In this document: one piece after another, positions 1-13,311 of the stretch | Numbering within the stretch: the stretch's first letter is position 1 | How the letters are laid out: each line of letters starts with the position of its first letter | Origin: Squalus acanthias | Lineage: Eukaryota | DNA length: 64,000 nucleotides | Assembly: GCA_030390025.1 (NCBI GenBank) | Contig: JASTWF010000034.1 | Coordinates: 806,001 to 870,000, forward strand | Reading direction: 5' to 3' | Translations under genes and position numbers: made by a program | Notes under the pieces: generated by a model | The model's database searches: none | The model's input: the letters and a program-made list of their open reading frames with translations, nothing else | Told to the model about the DNA's origin: nothing

Positions 1-68
1 AAAACAGGCACACCTGCACGATTTTCTGCTGCTGACGAAGCGACGAAATTTATGAATGCCGCAATATC

Positions 69-150
69 TGGCAGCGGTGGGATTCGAACCCACGCCCCCG
101 CAGAGACTGGAGCCTAAATCCAGCGCCTTAGACCGCTCGGCCACGCTACC
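69..150 (-). tRNA. tRNA-Leu-TAG: tRNA-Leu(UAG), copy 1
   Basis: Reverse complement GGTAGCGTGGCCGAGCGGTCTAAGGCGCTGGATTTAGGCTCCAGTCTCTGCGGGGGCGTGGGTTCGAATCCCACCGCTGCCA, 82 nt, anticodon TAG, long variable arm with UGCG (UNCG-type) loop, intact A and B boxes. Confidence 0.97.
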
Positions 151-480
151 ACATGACGCAGCTTGGCTTCTGAAACTAGAAACTGGTGATTGAAATGTGG
201 CTTGGTCTTGTAAAAACATTGGGGAAACAAAAGGAAATTGAATTCGAAAACGACAATCTCTTTTCTGATGCAACCCACTAGATCAGAAGAAGCTGCGTGT
301 TCACAGGGCAACACGAATAAATAGATGTTTGTTGGGCCACCGCCATTGTATATTTAATTCATAATTTATACCTGTTGTGTATTGCAAGCAGGACGTTGGT
401 GCAAGTAAACTGTGATAAAATTATGATGTGATTGTGGGTAGCAACACTGTTTTTATTGTTGTTGAAAATAACAATGCAAA

Positions 481-552
481 TAGCAGAGGTTGGTTTCGAT
501 CCATCGACCTCTGGGTTATGGGCCCAGCACACTTCCGCTGCGCCACTCAGCA
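481..552 (-). pseudogene. tRNA-iMet-CAT: tRNA-iMet(CAU) variant with 11-bp 5' deletion, C23U and U64A
   Basis: Matches vertebrate initiator tRNA, but 5' end reads TGCTGAG instead of AGCAGAG; D-stem GTGT; T-stem CCAAC. Confidence 0.85.
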
Positions 553-1029
553 ATTCGCTCGACGCAGGTTTTTAGGTTTCGATGTCCCACAGGGCTGTGT
601 GTTAGCGAAATAAATTTCAGCATCCAGGATGTTTTGAAAGCGATAGCATGGCCCTCAAATAGCCCAGAGACCCGGACACCGCAACACCCGTGTTGGGAGG
701 CTCAAATGGCTGCACAATGTCACAAGGACGCTCAGTATTACACCACCCACAATGGGACAGACACAGAATGAGACACAGAAAACCAGCAAGGGTATGTCAG
801 GCCACACAAAGGGAAGGACAGAGAAAGACACTGAGGAAACTAGAGAGAGCGACACAAACAGACTGAATAAAATGAGGGACAGACAGAGACTGAGGGAAAG
901 ACCGAGACGGCGAGAGAAACAGAGAGGGAGATCGACAAATAGGGAAACGGAGAGTGAGATGAAGACAGAGACCTGCATGAAGGTGCTTTCTGCTGTGTAA
1001 AGGTATTCCCTGTTGTGTAAAGGCCAACA

Positions 1030-1043
1030 GCACCATCTGGTGG
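1030..1043 (-). promoter_or_regulatory. CTCF-like motif, one per array unit (next copy 2856-2869)
   Basis: Minus strand CCACCAGATGGTGC versus consensus CCASYAGRKGGCRS (one mismatch). Confidence 0.5.
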
Positions 1044-1894
1044 TGGAGAAGCGGCGCTGCTGGAATGCGTTGAGAGTTGGGGAAGGCCCAGGCTGCAACA
1101 AGTTTGCAGCATTTGCAACTTATGTTGATGCGAACAAAGTGATTTTTAAGTTGTGTTGCAGCTTTTTGTGTTTATTGCAAGAAGGAAGTTGCTGGAAGTA
1201 AAGCCTAAAGTGTGATAAAAATACCTGCCGCATTGAGCCTGAAATTTACCACAATTATAAGTGGAGGGAACAATAGGGAATATTTGCCGTCCTAATCACA
1301 AGTTCTTCAGAATAATGGCATGAACAACACATCTGACTCTCATCCTGAACACAGAGTCCAGCTCACCAAATCTTTATACAGAATGGATCTTCTCTTCCCG
1401 TTGTCTTAATGTAACTTTCAACGTCTGGATAGGTTAGATTGCAAAAACATATTCGTGTTATATAAATCGGATTGTAGCAGAGGAGCAGATGGGAGGTGCT
1501 GTTCAAACGGTAAGTTTGTAAGGGCGAACGGGGAAACGACGGCGAGATGGTGTTTGCGAGAGTGACAGCAATGGTGAGTGCGTTTGACAGATTGCAAGAA
1601 ATGGAAGAAACAAATATGTGAAAGTGGTGTACATCTGAATACGTGAGACGCAGCAGGTGTGGAGACGAGTGAGTGAACGGTCTGAATCCAGTTGGTTGGG
1701 TGACAGTGTTTGCCGTGTTCGGTGCTGGGTTCAGGCCAATTATGGAACCGTGGAAATTCTGCAAATCGTATCTGCCTGTCAATAACAACTGAAGGACAAA
1801 GGTGAAGAAGTGACATAATACTGAACAAAACATGCCCACCTGCACGATTTTCTGCTGCTGACGAAGCGACGAAATTTATGAATGCCGCAATATC

Positions 1895-1976
1895 TGGCAG
1901 CGGTGGGATTCGAACCCACGCCCCCGCAGAGACTGGAGCCTAAATCCAGCGCCTTAGACCGCTCGGCCACGCTACC
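1895..1976 (-). tRNA. tRNA-Leu-TAG: tRNA-Leu(UAG), copy 2
   Basis: Same sequence as copy 1. Confidence 0.97.
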
Positions 1977-2306
1977 ACATGACGCAGCTTGGCTTCTGAA
2001 ACTAGAAACTGGTGATTGAAATGTGGCTTGGTCTTGTAAAAACATAGGGGAAACAAAAGGAAATTGAATTCGAAAACGCCAATCTCTTTTCTGATGCAAC
2101 CCACTAGATCAGAAGAAGCTGCGTGTTCACAGGGCAACACGAATAAATAGATGTTTGTTGGGCCACCGCCATTGTATATTTAATTCATAATTTATACCTG
2201 TTGTGTATTGCAAGCAGGACGTTGGTGCAAGTAAAGTGTGATAAAATTATGATGTGATTGTGGGTAGCAACACTGTTTTTATTGTTGTTGAAAATAACAA
2301 TGCAAA

Positions 2307-2378
2307 TAGCAGAGGATGGTTTCGATCCATCGACCTCTGGGTTATGGGCCCAGCACACTTCCGCTGCGCCACTCAGCA
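2307..2378 (-). pseudogene. tRNA-iMet-CAT: tRNA-iMet variant with 11-bp 5' deletion and C23U
   Basis: cgccactc|agcaatt junction; T-stem normal. Confidence 0.85.
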
Positions 2379-3720
2379 ATTCGCTCGACGCAGGTTTTTA
2401 GGTTTCGATGTCCCACAGGGCTGTGTGTTAGCGAAATAAATTTCAGCATCCAGGATGTTTTGAAAGCGATAGCATGGCCCTCAAATAGCCCAGAGACCCG
2501 GACACCGCAACACCCGTGTTGGGAGGCTCAAATGGCTGCACAATGTCACAAGGACGCTCAGTATTACACCACCCACAATGGGACAGACACAGAATGAGAC
2601 ACAGAAAACCAGCAAGGGTATGTCAGGCCACACAAAGGGAAGGACAGAGAAAGACACTGAGGAAACTAGAGAGAGCGACACAAACAGACTGAATAAAATG
2701 AGGGACAGACAGAGACTGAGGGAAAGACCGAGACGGCGAGAGAAACAGAGAGGGAGATAGACAAATAGGGAAACGGAGAGTGAGATGAAGACAGAGACCT
2801 GCATGAAGGTGCTTTCTGCTGTGTAAAGGTATTCCCTGTTGTGTAAAGGCCAACAGCACCATCTGGTGGTGGAGAAGCGGCGCTGCTGGAATGCGTTGAG
2901 AGTTGGGGAAGGCCCAGGCTGCAACAAGTTTGCAGCATTTGCAACGTATGTTGATGCGAACAAAGTGATTTTTAAGTTGTGTTGCAGCTTTTTGTGTTTA
3001 TTGCAAGAAGGAAGTTGCTGGAAGTAAAGCCTAAAGTGTGATAAAAATACCTGCCGCATTGAGCCTGAAATTTACCACAATTATAAGTGGAGGGAACAAT
3101 AGGGAATATTTGCCGTCCTAATCACAAGTTCTTCAGAATAATGGCATGAACAACACATCTGACTCTCATCCTGAACACAGAGTCCAGCTCACCAAATCTT
3201 TATACAGAATGGATCTTCTCTTCCCGTTGTCTTAATGTAACTTTCAACGTCTGGATAGGTTAGATTGCAAAAACATATTCGTGTTATATAAATCGGATTG
3301 TAGCAGAGGAGCAGATGGGAGGTGCTGTTCAAACGGTAAGTTTGTAAGGGCGAACGGGGAAACGACGGCGAGATGGTGTTTGCGAGAGTGACAGCAATGG
3401 TGAGTGCGTTTGACAGATTGCAAGAAATGGAAGAAACAAATATGTGAAAGTGGTGTACATCTGAATACGTGAGACGCAGCAGGTGTGGAGACGAGTGAGT
3501 GAACGGTCTGAATCCAGTTGGTTGGGTGACAGTGTTTGCCGTGTTCGGTGCTGGGTTCAGGCCAATTATGGAACCGTGGAAATTCTGCAAATCGTATCTG
3601 CCTGTCAATAACAACTGAAGGACAAAGGTGAAGAAGTGACATAATACTGAACAAAACATGCCCACCTGCACGATTTTCTGCTGCTGACGAAGCGACGAAA
3701 TTTATGAATGCCGCAATATC

Positions 3721-3802
3721 TGGCAGCGGTGGGATTCGAACCCACGCCCCCGCAGAGACTGGAGCCTAAATCCAGCGCCTTAGACCGCTCGGCCACGCTA
3801 CC
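3721..3802 (-). tRNA. tRNA-Leu-TAG: tRNA-Leu(UAG), copy 3
   Basis: Same sequence as copy 1. Confidence 0.97.
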
Positions 3803-4132
3803 ACATGAATCAGCTTGGCTTCTGAAACTCGAAACTGGTGATTGAAATGTGGCTTGGTCTTGTAAAAACATTGGGGAAACAAAAGGAAATTGAATTCGTG
3901 AACGCCAATCTCTTTTCTGATGCAACCCACTAGATCAGAAGAAGCTGCGTGTTCACAGGGCAACACGAATAAATAGATGTTTGTTGGGCCACCGCCATTG
4001 TATATTTAATTCATAATTTATACCTGTTGTGTATTGCAAGCAGGACGTTGGTGCAAGTAAAGTGTGATAAAATTATGATGTGATTGTGGGTAGCAACACT
4101 GTTTTTATTGTTGTTGAAAATAACAATGCAAA

Positions 4133-4204
4133 TAGCAGAGGTTGGTTTCGATCCATCGACCTCTGGGTTATGGGCCCAGCACACTTCCGCTGCGCCACTC
4201 AGCA
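4133..4204 (-). pseudogene. tRNA-iMet-CAT: tRNA-iMet variant with 11-bp deletion, C23U and U64A
   Basis: Deletion junction plus gttgg T-stem change. Confidence 0.85.
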
Positions 4205-5546
4205 ATTCGCTCGACGCAGGTTTTTAGGTTTCGATGTCCCACAGGGCTGTGTGTTAGCGAAATAAATTTCAGCATCCAGGATGTTTTGAAAGCGATAGCA
4301 TGGCCCTCAAATAGCCCAGAGACCCGGACACCGCAACACCCGTGTTGGGAGGCCCAAATGGCTGCACAATGTCACAAGGACGCTCAGTATTACACCACCC
4401 ACAATGGGACAGACACAGAATGAGACACAGAAAACCAGCAAGGGTATGTCAGGCCACACAAAGGGAAGGACAGAGAAAGACACTGAGGAAACTAGAGAGA
4501 GCGACACAAACAGACTGAATAAAATGAGGGACAGACAGAGACTGAGGGAAAGACCGAGACGGCGAGAGAAACAGAGAGGGAGATCGACAAATAGGGAAAC
4601 GGAGAGTGAGATGAAGACAGAGACCTGCATGAAGGTGCTTTCTGCTGTGTAAAGGTATTCCCTGTTGTGTAAAGGCCAACAGCACCATCTGGTGGTGGAG
4701 AAGCGGCGCTGCTGGAATGCGTTGAGAGTTGGGGAAGGCCCAGGCTGCAACAAGTTTGCAGCATTTGCAACGTATGTTGATGCGAACAAAGTGATTTTTA
4801 AGTTGTGTTGCAGCTTTTTGTGTTTATTGCAAGAAGGAAGTTGCTGGAAGTAAAGCCTAAAGTGTGATAAAAATACCTGCCGCATTGAGCCTGAAATTTA
4901 CCACAATTATAAGTGGAGGGAACAATAGGGAATATTTGCCGTCCTAATCACAAGTTCTTCAGAATAATGGCATGAACAACACATCTGACTCTCATCCTGA
5001 ACACAGAGTCCAGCTCACCAAATCTTTATACAGAATGGATCTTCTCTTCCCGTTGTCTTAATGTAACTTTCAACGTCTGGATAGGTTAGATTGCAAAAAC
5101 ATATTCGTGTTATATAAATCGGATTGTAGCAGAGGAGCAGATGGGAGGTGCTGTTCAAACGGTAAGTTTGTAAGGGCGAACGGGGAAACGACGGCGAGAT
5201 GGTGTTTGCGAGAGTGACAGCAATGGTGAGTGCGTTTGACAGATTGCAAGAAATGGAAGAAACAAATATGTGAAAGTGGTGTACATCTGAATACGTGAGA
5301 CGCAGCAGGTGTGGAGACGAGTGAGTGAACGGTCGGAATCCAGTTGGTTGGGTGACAGTGTTTGCCGTGTTCGGTGCTGGGTTCAGGCCAATTATGGAAC
5401 CGTGGAAATTCTGCAAATCGTGTCTGCCTGTCAATAACAACTGAAGGACAAAGGTGAAGAAGTGACATAATACTGAACAAAACAGGCACACCTGCACGAT
5501 TTTCTGCTGCTGACGAAGCGACGAAATTTATGAATGCCGCAATATC

Positions 5547-5628
5547 TGGCAGCGGTGGGATTCGAACCCACGCCCCCGCAGAGACTGGAGCCTAAATCCA
5601 GCGCCTTAGACCGCTCGGCCACGCTACC
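5547..5628 (-). tRNA. tRNA-Leu-TAG: tRNA-Leu(UAG), copy 4
   Basis: Same sequence as copy 1. Confidence 0.97.
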
Positions 5629-5958
5629 ACATGAATCAGCTTGGCTTCTGAAACTAGAAACTGGTGATTGAAATGTGGCTTGGTCTTGTAAAAACATTGG
5701 GGAAACAAAAGGAAATTGAATTCGAAAACGACAATCTCTTTTCTGATGCAACCCACTAGATCAGAAGAAGCTGCGTGTTCACAGGGCAACACGAATAAAT
5801 AGATGTTTGTTGGGCCACCGCCATTGTATATTTAATTCATAATTTATACCTGTTGTGTATTGCAAGCAGGACGTTGGTGCAAGTAAACTGTGATAAAATT
5901 ATGATGTGATTGTGGGTAGCAACACTGTTTTTATTGTTGTTGAAAATAACAATGCAAA

Positions 5959-6030
5959 TAGCAGAGGTTGGTTTCGATCCATCGACCTCTGGGTTATGGG
6001 CCCAGCACACTTCCGCTGCGCCACTCAGCA
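5959..6030 (-). pseudogene. tRNA-iMet-CAT: tRNA-iMet variant with 11-bp deletion, C23U and U64A
   Basis: Deletion junction plus gttgg T-stem change. Confidence 0.85.
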
Positions 6031-7372
6031 ATTCGCTCGACGCAGGTTTTTAGGTTTCGATGTCCCACAGGGCTGTGTGTTAGCGAAATAAATTTCAGCA
6101 TCCAGGATGTTTTGAAAGCGATAGCATGGCCCTCAAATAGCCCAGAGACCCGGACACCGCAACACCCGTGTTGGGAGGCCCAAATGGCTGCACAATTTCA
6201 CAAGGACGCTCAGTATTACACCACCCACAATGGGACAGACACAGAATGAGACACAGAAAACCAGCAAGGGTATGTCAGGCCACACAAAGGGAAGGACAGA
6301 GAAAGACACTGAGGAAACTAGAGAGAGCGACACAAACAGACTGAATAAAATGAGGGACAGACAGAGACTGAGGGAAAGACCGAGACGGCGAGAGAAACAG
6401 AGAGGGAGATCGACAAATAGGGAAACGGAGAGTGAGATGAAGACAGAGACCTGCATGAAGGTGCTTTCTGCTGTGTAAAGGTATTCCCTGTTGTGTAAAG
6501 GCCAACAGCACCATCTGGTGGTGGAGAAGCGGCGCTGCTGGAATGCGTTGAGAGTTGGGGAAGGCCCAGGCTGCAACAAGTTTGCAGCATTTGCAACTTA
6601 TGTTGATGCGAACAAAGTGATTTTTAAGTTGTGTTGCAGCTTTTTGTGTTTATTGCAAGAAGGAAGTTGCTGGAAGTAAAGCCTAAAGTGTGATAAAAAT
6701 ACCTGCCGCATTGAGCCTGAAATTTACCACAATTATAAGTGGAGGGAACAATAGGGAATATTTGCCGTCCTAATCACAAGTTCTTCAGAATAATGGCATG
6801 AACAACACATCTGACTCTCATCCTGAACACAGAGTCCAGCTCACCAAATCTTTATACAGAATGGATCTTCTCTTCCCGTTGTCTTAATGTAACTTTCAAC
6901 GTCTGGATAGGTTAGATTGCAAAAACATATTCGTGTTATATAAATCGGATTGTAGCAGAGGAGCAGATGGGAGGTGCTGTTCAAACGGTAAGTTTGTAAG
7001 GGCGAACGGGGAAACGACGGCGAGATGGTGTTTGCGAGAGTGACAGCAATGGTGAGTGCGTTTGACAGATTGCAAGAAATGGAAGAAACAAATATGTGAA
7101 AGTGGTGTACATCTGAATACGTGAGACGCAGCAGGTGTGGAGACGAGTGAGTGAACGGTCGGAATCCAGTTGGTTGGGTGACAGTGTTTGCCGTGTTCGG
7201 TGCTGGGTTCAGGCCAATTATGGAACCGTGGAAATTCTGCAAATCGTGTCTGCCTGTCAATAACAACTGAAGGACAAAGGTGAAGAAGTGACATAATACT
7301 GAACAAAACAGGCCCACCTGCACGATTTTCTGCTGCTGACGAAGCGACGAAATTTATGAATGCCGCAAAATC

Positions 7373-7454
7373 TGGCAGCGGTGGGATTCGAACCCACGCC
7401 CCCGCAGAGACTGGAGCCTAAATCCAGCGCCTTAGACCGCTCGGCCACGCTACC
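7373..7454 (-). tRNA. tRNA-Leu-TAG: tRNA-Leu(UAG), copy 5
   Basis: Same sequence as copy 1; TTTT begins 3 nt downstream. Confidence 0.97.
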
Positions 7455-7784
7455 ACATGAAGCAGCTTGGCTTCTGAAACTAGAAACTGGTGATTGAAAT
7501 GTGGCTTGGTCTTGTAAAAACATAGGGGAAACAAAAGGAAATTGAATTCGAAAACGACAATCTCTTTTCTGATGCAACCCACTAGATCAGAAGAAGCTGC
7601 GTGTTCACAGGGCAACACGAATAAATAGATGTTTGTTGGGCCACCGCCATTGTATATTTAATTCATAATTTATACCTGTTGTGTATTGCAAGCAGGACGT
7701 TGGTGCAAGTAAAGTGTGATAAAATTATGATGTGATTGTGGGTAGCAACACTGTTTTTATTGTTGTTGAAAATAACAATGCAAA

Positions 7785-7856
7785 TAGCAGAGGATGGTTT
7801 CGATCCATCGACCTCTGGGTTATGGGCCCAGCACACTTCCGCTGCGCCACTCAGCA
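7785..7856 (-). pseudogene. tRNA-iMet-CAT: tRNA-iMet variant with 11-bp deletion and C23U
   Basis: Deletion junction present. Confidence 0.85.
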
Positions 7857-9195
7857 ATTCGCTCGACGCAGGTTTTTAGGTTTCGATGTCCCACAGGGCT
7901 GTGTGTTAGCGAAATAAATTTCAGCATCCAGGATGTTTTGAAAGCGATAGCATGGCCCTCAAATAGCCCAGAGACCCGGACACCGCAACACCCGTGTTGG
8001 GAGGCTCAAATGGCTGCACAATGTCACAAGGACGCTCAGTATTACACCACCCACAATGGGACAGACACAGAATGAGACACAGAAAACCAGCAAGGGTATG
8101 TCAGGCCACACAAAGGGAAGGACAGAGAAAGACACTGAGGAAACTAGAGAGAGCGACACAAACAGACTGAATAAAATGAGGGACAGACAGAGACTGAGGG
8201 AAAGACCGAGACGGCGAGAGAAACAGAGAGGGAGATAGACAAATAGGGAAACGGAGAGTGAGATGAAGACAGAGACCTGCATGAAGGTGCTTTCTGCTGT
8301 GTAAAGGTATTCCCTGTTGTGTAAAGGCCAACAGCACCATCTGGTGGTGGAGAAGCGGCGCTGCTGGAATGCGTTGAGAGTTGGGGAAGGCCCAGGCTGC
8401 AACAAGTTTGCAGCATTTGCAACTTATGTTGATGCGAACAAAGTGATTTTTAAGTTGTGTTGCAGCTTTTTGTGTTTATTGCAAGAAGGAAGTTGCTGGA
8501 AGTAAAGCCTAAAGTGTGATAAAAATACCTGCCGCATTGAGCCTGAAATTTACCACAATTATAAGTGGAGGGAACAATAGGGAATATTTGCCGTCCTAAT
8601 CACAAGTTCTTCAGAATAATGGCATGAACAACACATCTGACTCTCATCCTGAACACAGAGTCCAGCTCACCAAATCTTTATACAGAATGGATCTTCTCTT
8701 CCCGTTGTCTTAATGTAACTTTCAACGTCTGGATAGGTTAGATTGCAAAAACATATTCGTGTTATATAAATCGGATTGTAGCAGAGGAGCAGATGGGAGG
8801 TGCTGTTCAAACGGTAAGTTTGTAAGGGCGAACGGGGAAACGACGGCGAGATGGTGTTTGCGAGAGTGACAGCAATGGTGAGTGCGTTTGACAGATTGCA
8901 AGAAATGGAAGAAACAAATATGTGAAAGTGGTGTACATCTGAATACGTGAGACGCAGCAGGTGTGGAGACGAGTGAGTGAACGGTCTGAATTCAGTTGGT
9001 TGGGTGACGGTGTTTGCCTGCCGTGTTCGGTTCAGGCCAATTATGGAACCGAGGAAATTCTGCAAATCGTATCTGCCTTTCAATAACAACTGAAGGACAA
9101 AGGTGAAGAAGTGACATAATACTGAACAAAACAGGCCCACCTTCACGATTTTCTGCTGCTGACGAAGCGACGAAATTTATGAATGCCGCAATATC

Positions 9196-9277
9196 TGGCA
9201 GCGGTGGGATTCGAACCCACGCCCCCGCAGAGACTGGAGCCTAAATCCAGCGCCTTAGACCGCTCGGCCACGCTACC
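9196..9277 (-). tRNA. tRNA-Leu-TAG: tRNA-Leu(UAG), copy 6
   Basis: Same sequence as copy 1. Confidence 0.97.
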
Positions 9278-9607
9278 ACATGAATCAGCTTGGCTTCTGA
9301 AACTAGAAACTGTTGATTGAAATGTGGCTTGGTCTTGTAAAAACATTGGGGAAACAAAAGGAAATTGAATTCGAGAACGCCAATCTCTTTTCTGATGCAA
9401 CCCACTAGATCAGAAGAAGCTGCGTGTTCACAGGGCAACACGAATAAATAGATGTTTGTTGGGCCACCGCCATTGTATATTTAATTCATAATTTATACCT
9501 GTTGTGTATTGCAAGCAGGACGTTGGTGCAAGTAAAGTGTGATAAAATTATGATGTGATTGTGGGTAGCAACACTGTTTTTATTGTTGTTGAAAATAACA
9601 ATGCAAA

Positions 9608-9679
9608 TAGCAGAGGATGGTTTCGATCCATCGACCTCTGGGTTATGGGCCCAGCACACTTCCGCTGCGCCACTCAGCA
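9608..9679 (-). pseudogene. tRNA-iMet-CAT: tRNA-iMet variant with 11-bp deletion and C23U
   Basis: Deletion junction present. Confidence 0.85.
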
Positions 9680-11002
9680 ATTCGCTCGACGCAGGTTTTT
9701 AGGTTTCGATGTCCCACAGGGCTGTGTGTTAGCGAAATAAATTTCAGCATCCAGGATGTTTTGAAAGCGATAGCATGGCCCTCAAATAGCCCAGAGACCC
9801 GGACACCGCAACACCCGTGTTGGGAGGCCCAAATGGCTGCACAATTTCACAAGGACGCTCAGTATTACACCACCCACAATGGGACAGACACAGAATGAGA
9901 CACAGAAAACCAGCAAGGGTATGTCAGGCCACACAAAGGGAAGGACAGAGAAAGACACTGAGGAAACTAGAGAGAGCGACACAAACAGACTGAATAAAAT
10001 GAGGGACAGACAGAGACTGAGGGAAAGACCGAGACGGCGAGAGAAACAGAGAGGGAGATCGACAAATAGGGAAACGGAGAGTGAGATGAAGACAGAGACC
10101 TGCATGAAGGTGCTTTCTGCTGTGTAAAGGTATTCCCTGTTGTGTAAAGGCCAACAGCACCATCTGGTGGTGGAGAAGCGGCGCTGCTGGAATGCGTTGA
10201 GAGTTGGGGAAGGCCCAGGCTGCAACAAGTTTGCAGCATTTGCAACTTATGTTGATGCGAACAAAGTGATTTTTAAGTTGTGTTGCAGCTTTTTGTGTTT
10301 ATTGCAAGAAGGAAGTTGCTGGAAGTAAAGCCTAAAGTGTGATAAAAATACCTGCCGCATTGAGCCTGAAATTTACCACAATTATAAGTGGAGGGAACAA
10401 TAGGGAATATTTGCCGTCCTAATCACAAGTTCTTCAGAATAATGGCATGAACAACACATCTGACTCTCATCCTGAACACAGAGTCCAGCTCACCAAATCT
10501 TTATACAGAATGGATCTTCTCTTCCCGTTGTCTTAATGTAACTTTCAACGTCTGGATAGGTTAGATTGCAAAAACATATTCGTGTTATATAAATCGGATT
10601 GTAGCAGAGGAGCAGATGGGAGGTGCTGTTCAAACGGTAAGTTTGTAAGGGCGAACGGGGAAACGACGGCGAGATGGTGTTTGCGAGAGTGACAGCAATG
10701 GTGAGTGCGTTTGACAGATTGCAAGAAATGGAAGAAACAAATATGTGAAAGTGGTGTACATCTGAATACGTGAGACGCAGCAGGTGTGGAGACGAGTGAG
10801 TGAACGGTCTGAATTCAGTTGGTTGGGTGACGGAGTTTGCCTGCCGTGTTCGGTTCCGAGGAAATTCTGCAAATCGTATCTGCCTTTCAATAACAACTGA
10901 AGGACAAAGGTGAAGAAGTGACATAATACTGAACAAAACAGGCCCACCTTCACGATTTTCTGCTGCTGACGAAGCGACGAAATTTATGAATGCCGCAATA
11001 TC

Positions 11003-11084
11003 TGGCAGCGGTGGGATTCGAACCCACGCCCCCGCAGAGACTGGAGCCTAAATCCAGCGCCTTAGACCGCTCGGCCACGCTACC
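11003..11084 (-). tRNA. tRNA-Leu-TAG: tRNA-Leu(UAG), copy 7
   Basis: Same sequence as copy 1. Confidence 0.97.
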
Positions 11085-11414
11085 ACATGAATCAGCTTGG
11101 CTTCTGAAACTAGAAACTGGTGATTGAAATGTGGCTTGGTCTTGTAAAAACATTGGGGAAACAAAAGGAAATTGAATTCGAAAACGACAATCTCTTTTCT
11201 GATGCAACCCACTAGATCAGAAGAAGCTGCGTGTTCACAGGGCAACACGAATAAATAGATGTTTGTTGGGCCACCGCCATTGTATATTTAATTCATAATT
11301 TATACCTGTTGTGTATTGCAAGCAGGACGTTGGTGCAAGTAAACTGTGATAAAATTATGATGTGATTGTGGGTAGCAACACTGTTTTTATTGTTGTTGAA
11401 AATAACAATGCAAA

Positions 11415-11486
11415 TAGCAGAGGATGGTTTCGATCCATCGACCTCTGGGTTATGGGCCCAGCACACTTCCGCTGCGCCACTCAGCA
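11415..11486 (-). pseudogene. tRNA-iMet-CAT: tRNA-iMet variant with 11-bp deletion and C23U
   Basis: Deletion junction present. Confidence 0.85.
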
Positions 11487-12828
11487 ATTCGCTCGACGCA
11501 GGTTTTTAGGTTTCGATGTCCCACAGGGCTGTGTGTTAGCGAAATAAATTTCAGCATCCAGGATGTTTTGAAAGCGATAGCATGGCCCTCAAATAGCCCA
11601 GAGACCCGGACACCGCAACACCCGTGTTGGGAGGCCCAAATGGCTGCACAATTTCACAAGGACGCTCAGTATTACACCACCCACAATGGGACAGACACAG
11701 AATGAGACACAGAAAACCAGCAAGGGTATGTCAGGCCACACAAAGGGAAGGACAGAGAAAGACACTGAGGAAACTAGAGAGAGCGACACAAACAGACTGA
11801 ATAAAATGAGGGACAGACAGAGACTGAGGGAAAGACCGAGACGGCGAGAGAAACAGAGAGGGAGATCGACAAATAGGGAAACGGAGAGTGAGATGAAGAC
11901 AGAGACCTGCATGAAGGTGCTTTCTGCTGTGTAAAGGTATTCCCTGTTGTGTAAAGGCCAACAGCACCATCTGGTGGTGGAGAAGCGGCGCTGCTGGAAT
12001 GCGTTGAGAGTTGGGGAAGGCCCAGGCTGCAACAAGTTTGCAGCATTTGCAACTTAGGTTGATGCGAACAAAGTGATTTTTAAGTTGTGTTGCAGCTTTT
12101 TGTGTTTATTGCAAGAAGGAAGTTGCTGGAAGTAAAGCCTAAAGTGTGATAAAAATACCTGCCGCATTGAGCCTGAAATTTACCACAATTATAAGTGGAG
12201 GGAACAATAGGGAATATTTGCCGTCCTAATCACAAGTTCTTCAGAATAATGGCATGAACAACACATCTGACTCTCATCCTGAACACAGAGTCCAGCTCAC
12301 CAAATCTTTATACAGAATGGATCTTCTCTTCCCGTTGTCTTAATGTAACTTTCAACGTCTGGATAGGTTAGATTGCAAAAACATATTCGTGTTATATAAA
12401 TCGGATTGTAGCAGAGGAGCAGATGTGAGGTGCTGTTCAAACGGTAAGTTTGTAAGGGCGAACGGGGAAACGACGGCGAGATGGTGTTTGCGAGAGTGAC
12501 AGCAATGGTGAGTGCGTTTGACAGATTGCAAGAAATGGAAGAAACAAATATGTGAAAGTGGTGTACATCTGAATACGTGAGACGCAGCAGGTGTGGAGAC
12601 GAGTGAGTGAACGGTCGGAATCCAGTTGGTTGGGTGACAGTGTTTGCCGTGTTCGGTGCTGGGTTCAGGCCAATTATGGAACCGTGGAAATTCTGCAAAT
12701 CGTGTCTGCCTGTCAATAACAACTGAAGGACAAAGGTGAAGAAGTGACATAATACTGAACAAAACAGGCCCACCTGCACGATTTTCTGCTGCTGACGAAG
12801 CGACGAAATTTATGAATGCCGCAATATC

Positions 12829-12910
12829 TGGCAGCGGTGGGATTCGAACCCACGCCCCCGCAGAGACTGGAGCCTAAATCCAGCGCCTTAGACCGCTCGG
12901 CCACGCTACC
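12829..12910 (-). tRNA. tRNA-Leu-TAG: tRNA-Leu(UAG), copy 8
   Basis: Same sequence as copy 1. Confidence 0.97.
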
Positions 12911-13239
12911 ACATGAAGCAGCTTGGCTTCTGAAACTAGAAACTGGTGATTGAAATGTGGCTTGGTCTTGTAAAAACATAGGGGAAACAAAAGGAAATTG
13001 AATTCGAAACGACAATCTCTTTTCTGATGCAACCCACTAGATCAGAAGAAGCTGCGTGTTCACAGGGCAACACGAATAAATAGATGTTTGTTGGGCCACC
13101 GCCATTGTATATTTAATTCATAATTTATACCTGTTGTGTATTGCAAGCAGGACGTTGGTGCAAGTAAACTGTGATAAAATTATGATGTGATTGTGGGTAG
13201 CAACACTGTTTTTATTGTTGTTGAAAATAACAATGCAAA

Positions 13240-13311
13240 TAGCAGAGGATGGTTTCGATCCATCGACCTCTGGGTTATGGGCCCAGCACACTTCCGCTGC
13301 GCCACTCAGCA
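13240..13311 (-). pseudogene. tRNA-iMet-CAT: tRNA-iMet variant with 11-bp deletion and C23U
   Basis: Deletion junction present. Confidence 0.85.

Noticed and set aside
1363..1845. 160-aa minus ORF and other ORFs recurring in each tRNA repeat unit
   Set aside because: Recurrence only reflects tandem duplication; no recognisable domain; frameshifted in the -19 alleles; several ORFs overlap tRNAs or the GA-rich tract
553..1894. Additional ncRNA (5S, snRNA or third tRNA) in the repeat spacer
   Set aside because: No recognisable sequence or A/B box pair by eye; an Infernal/Rfam scan would be decisive
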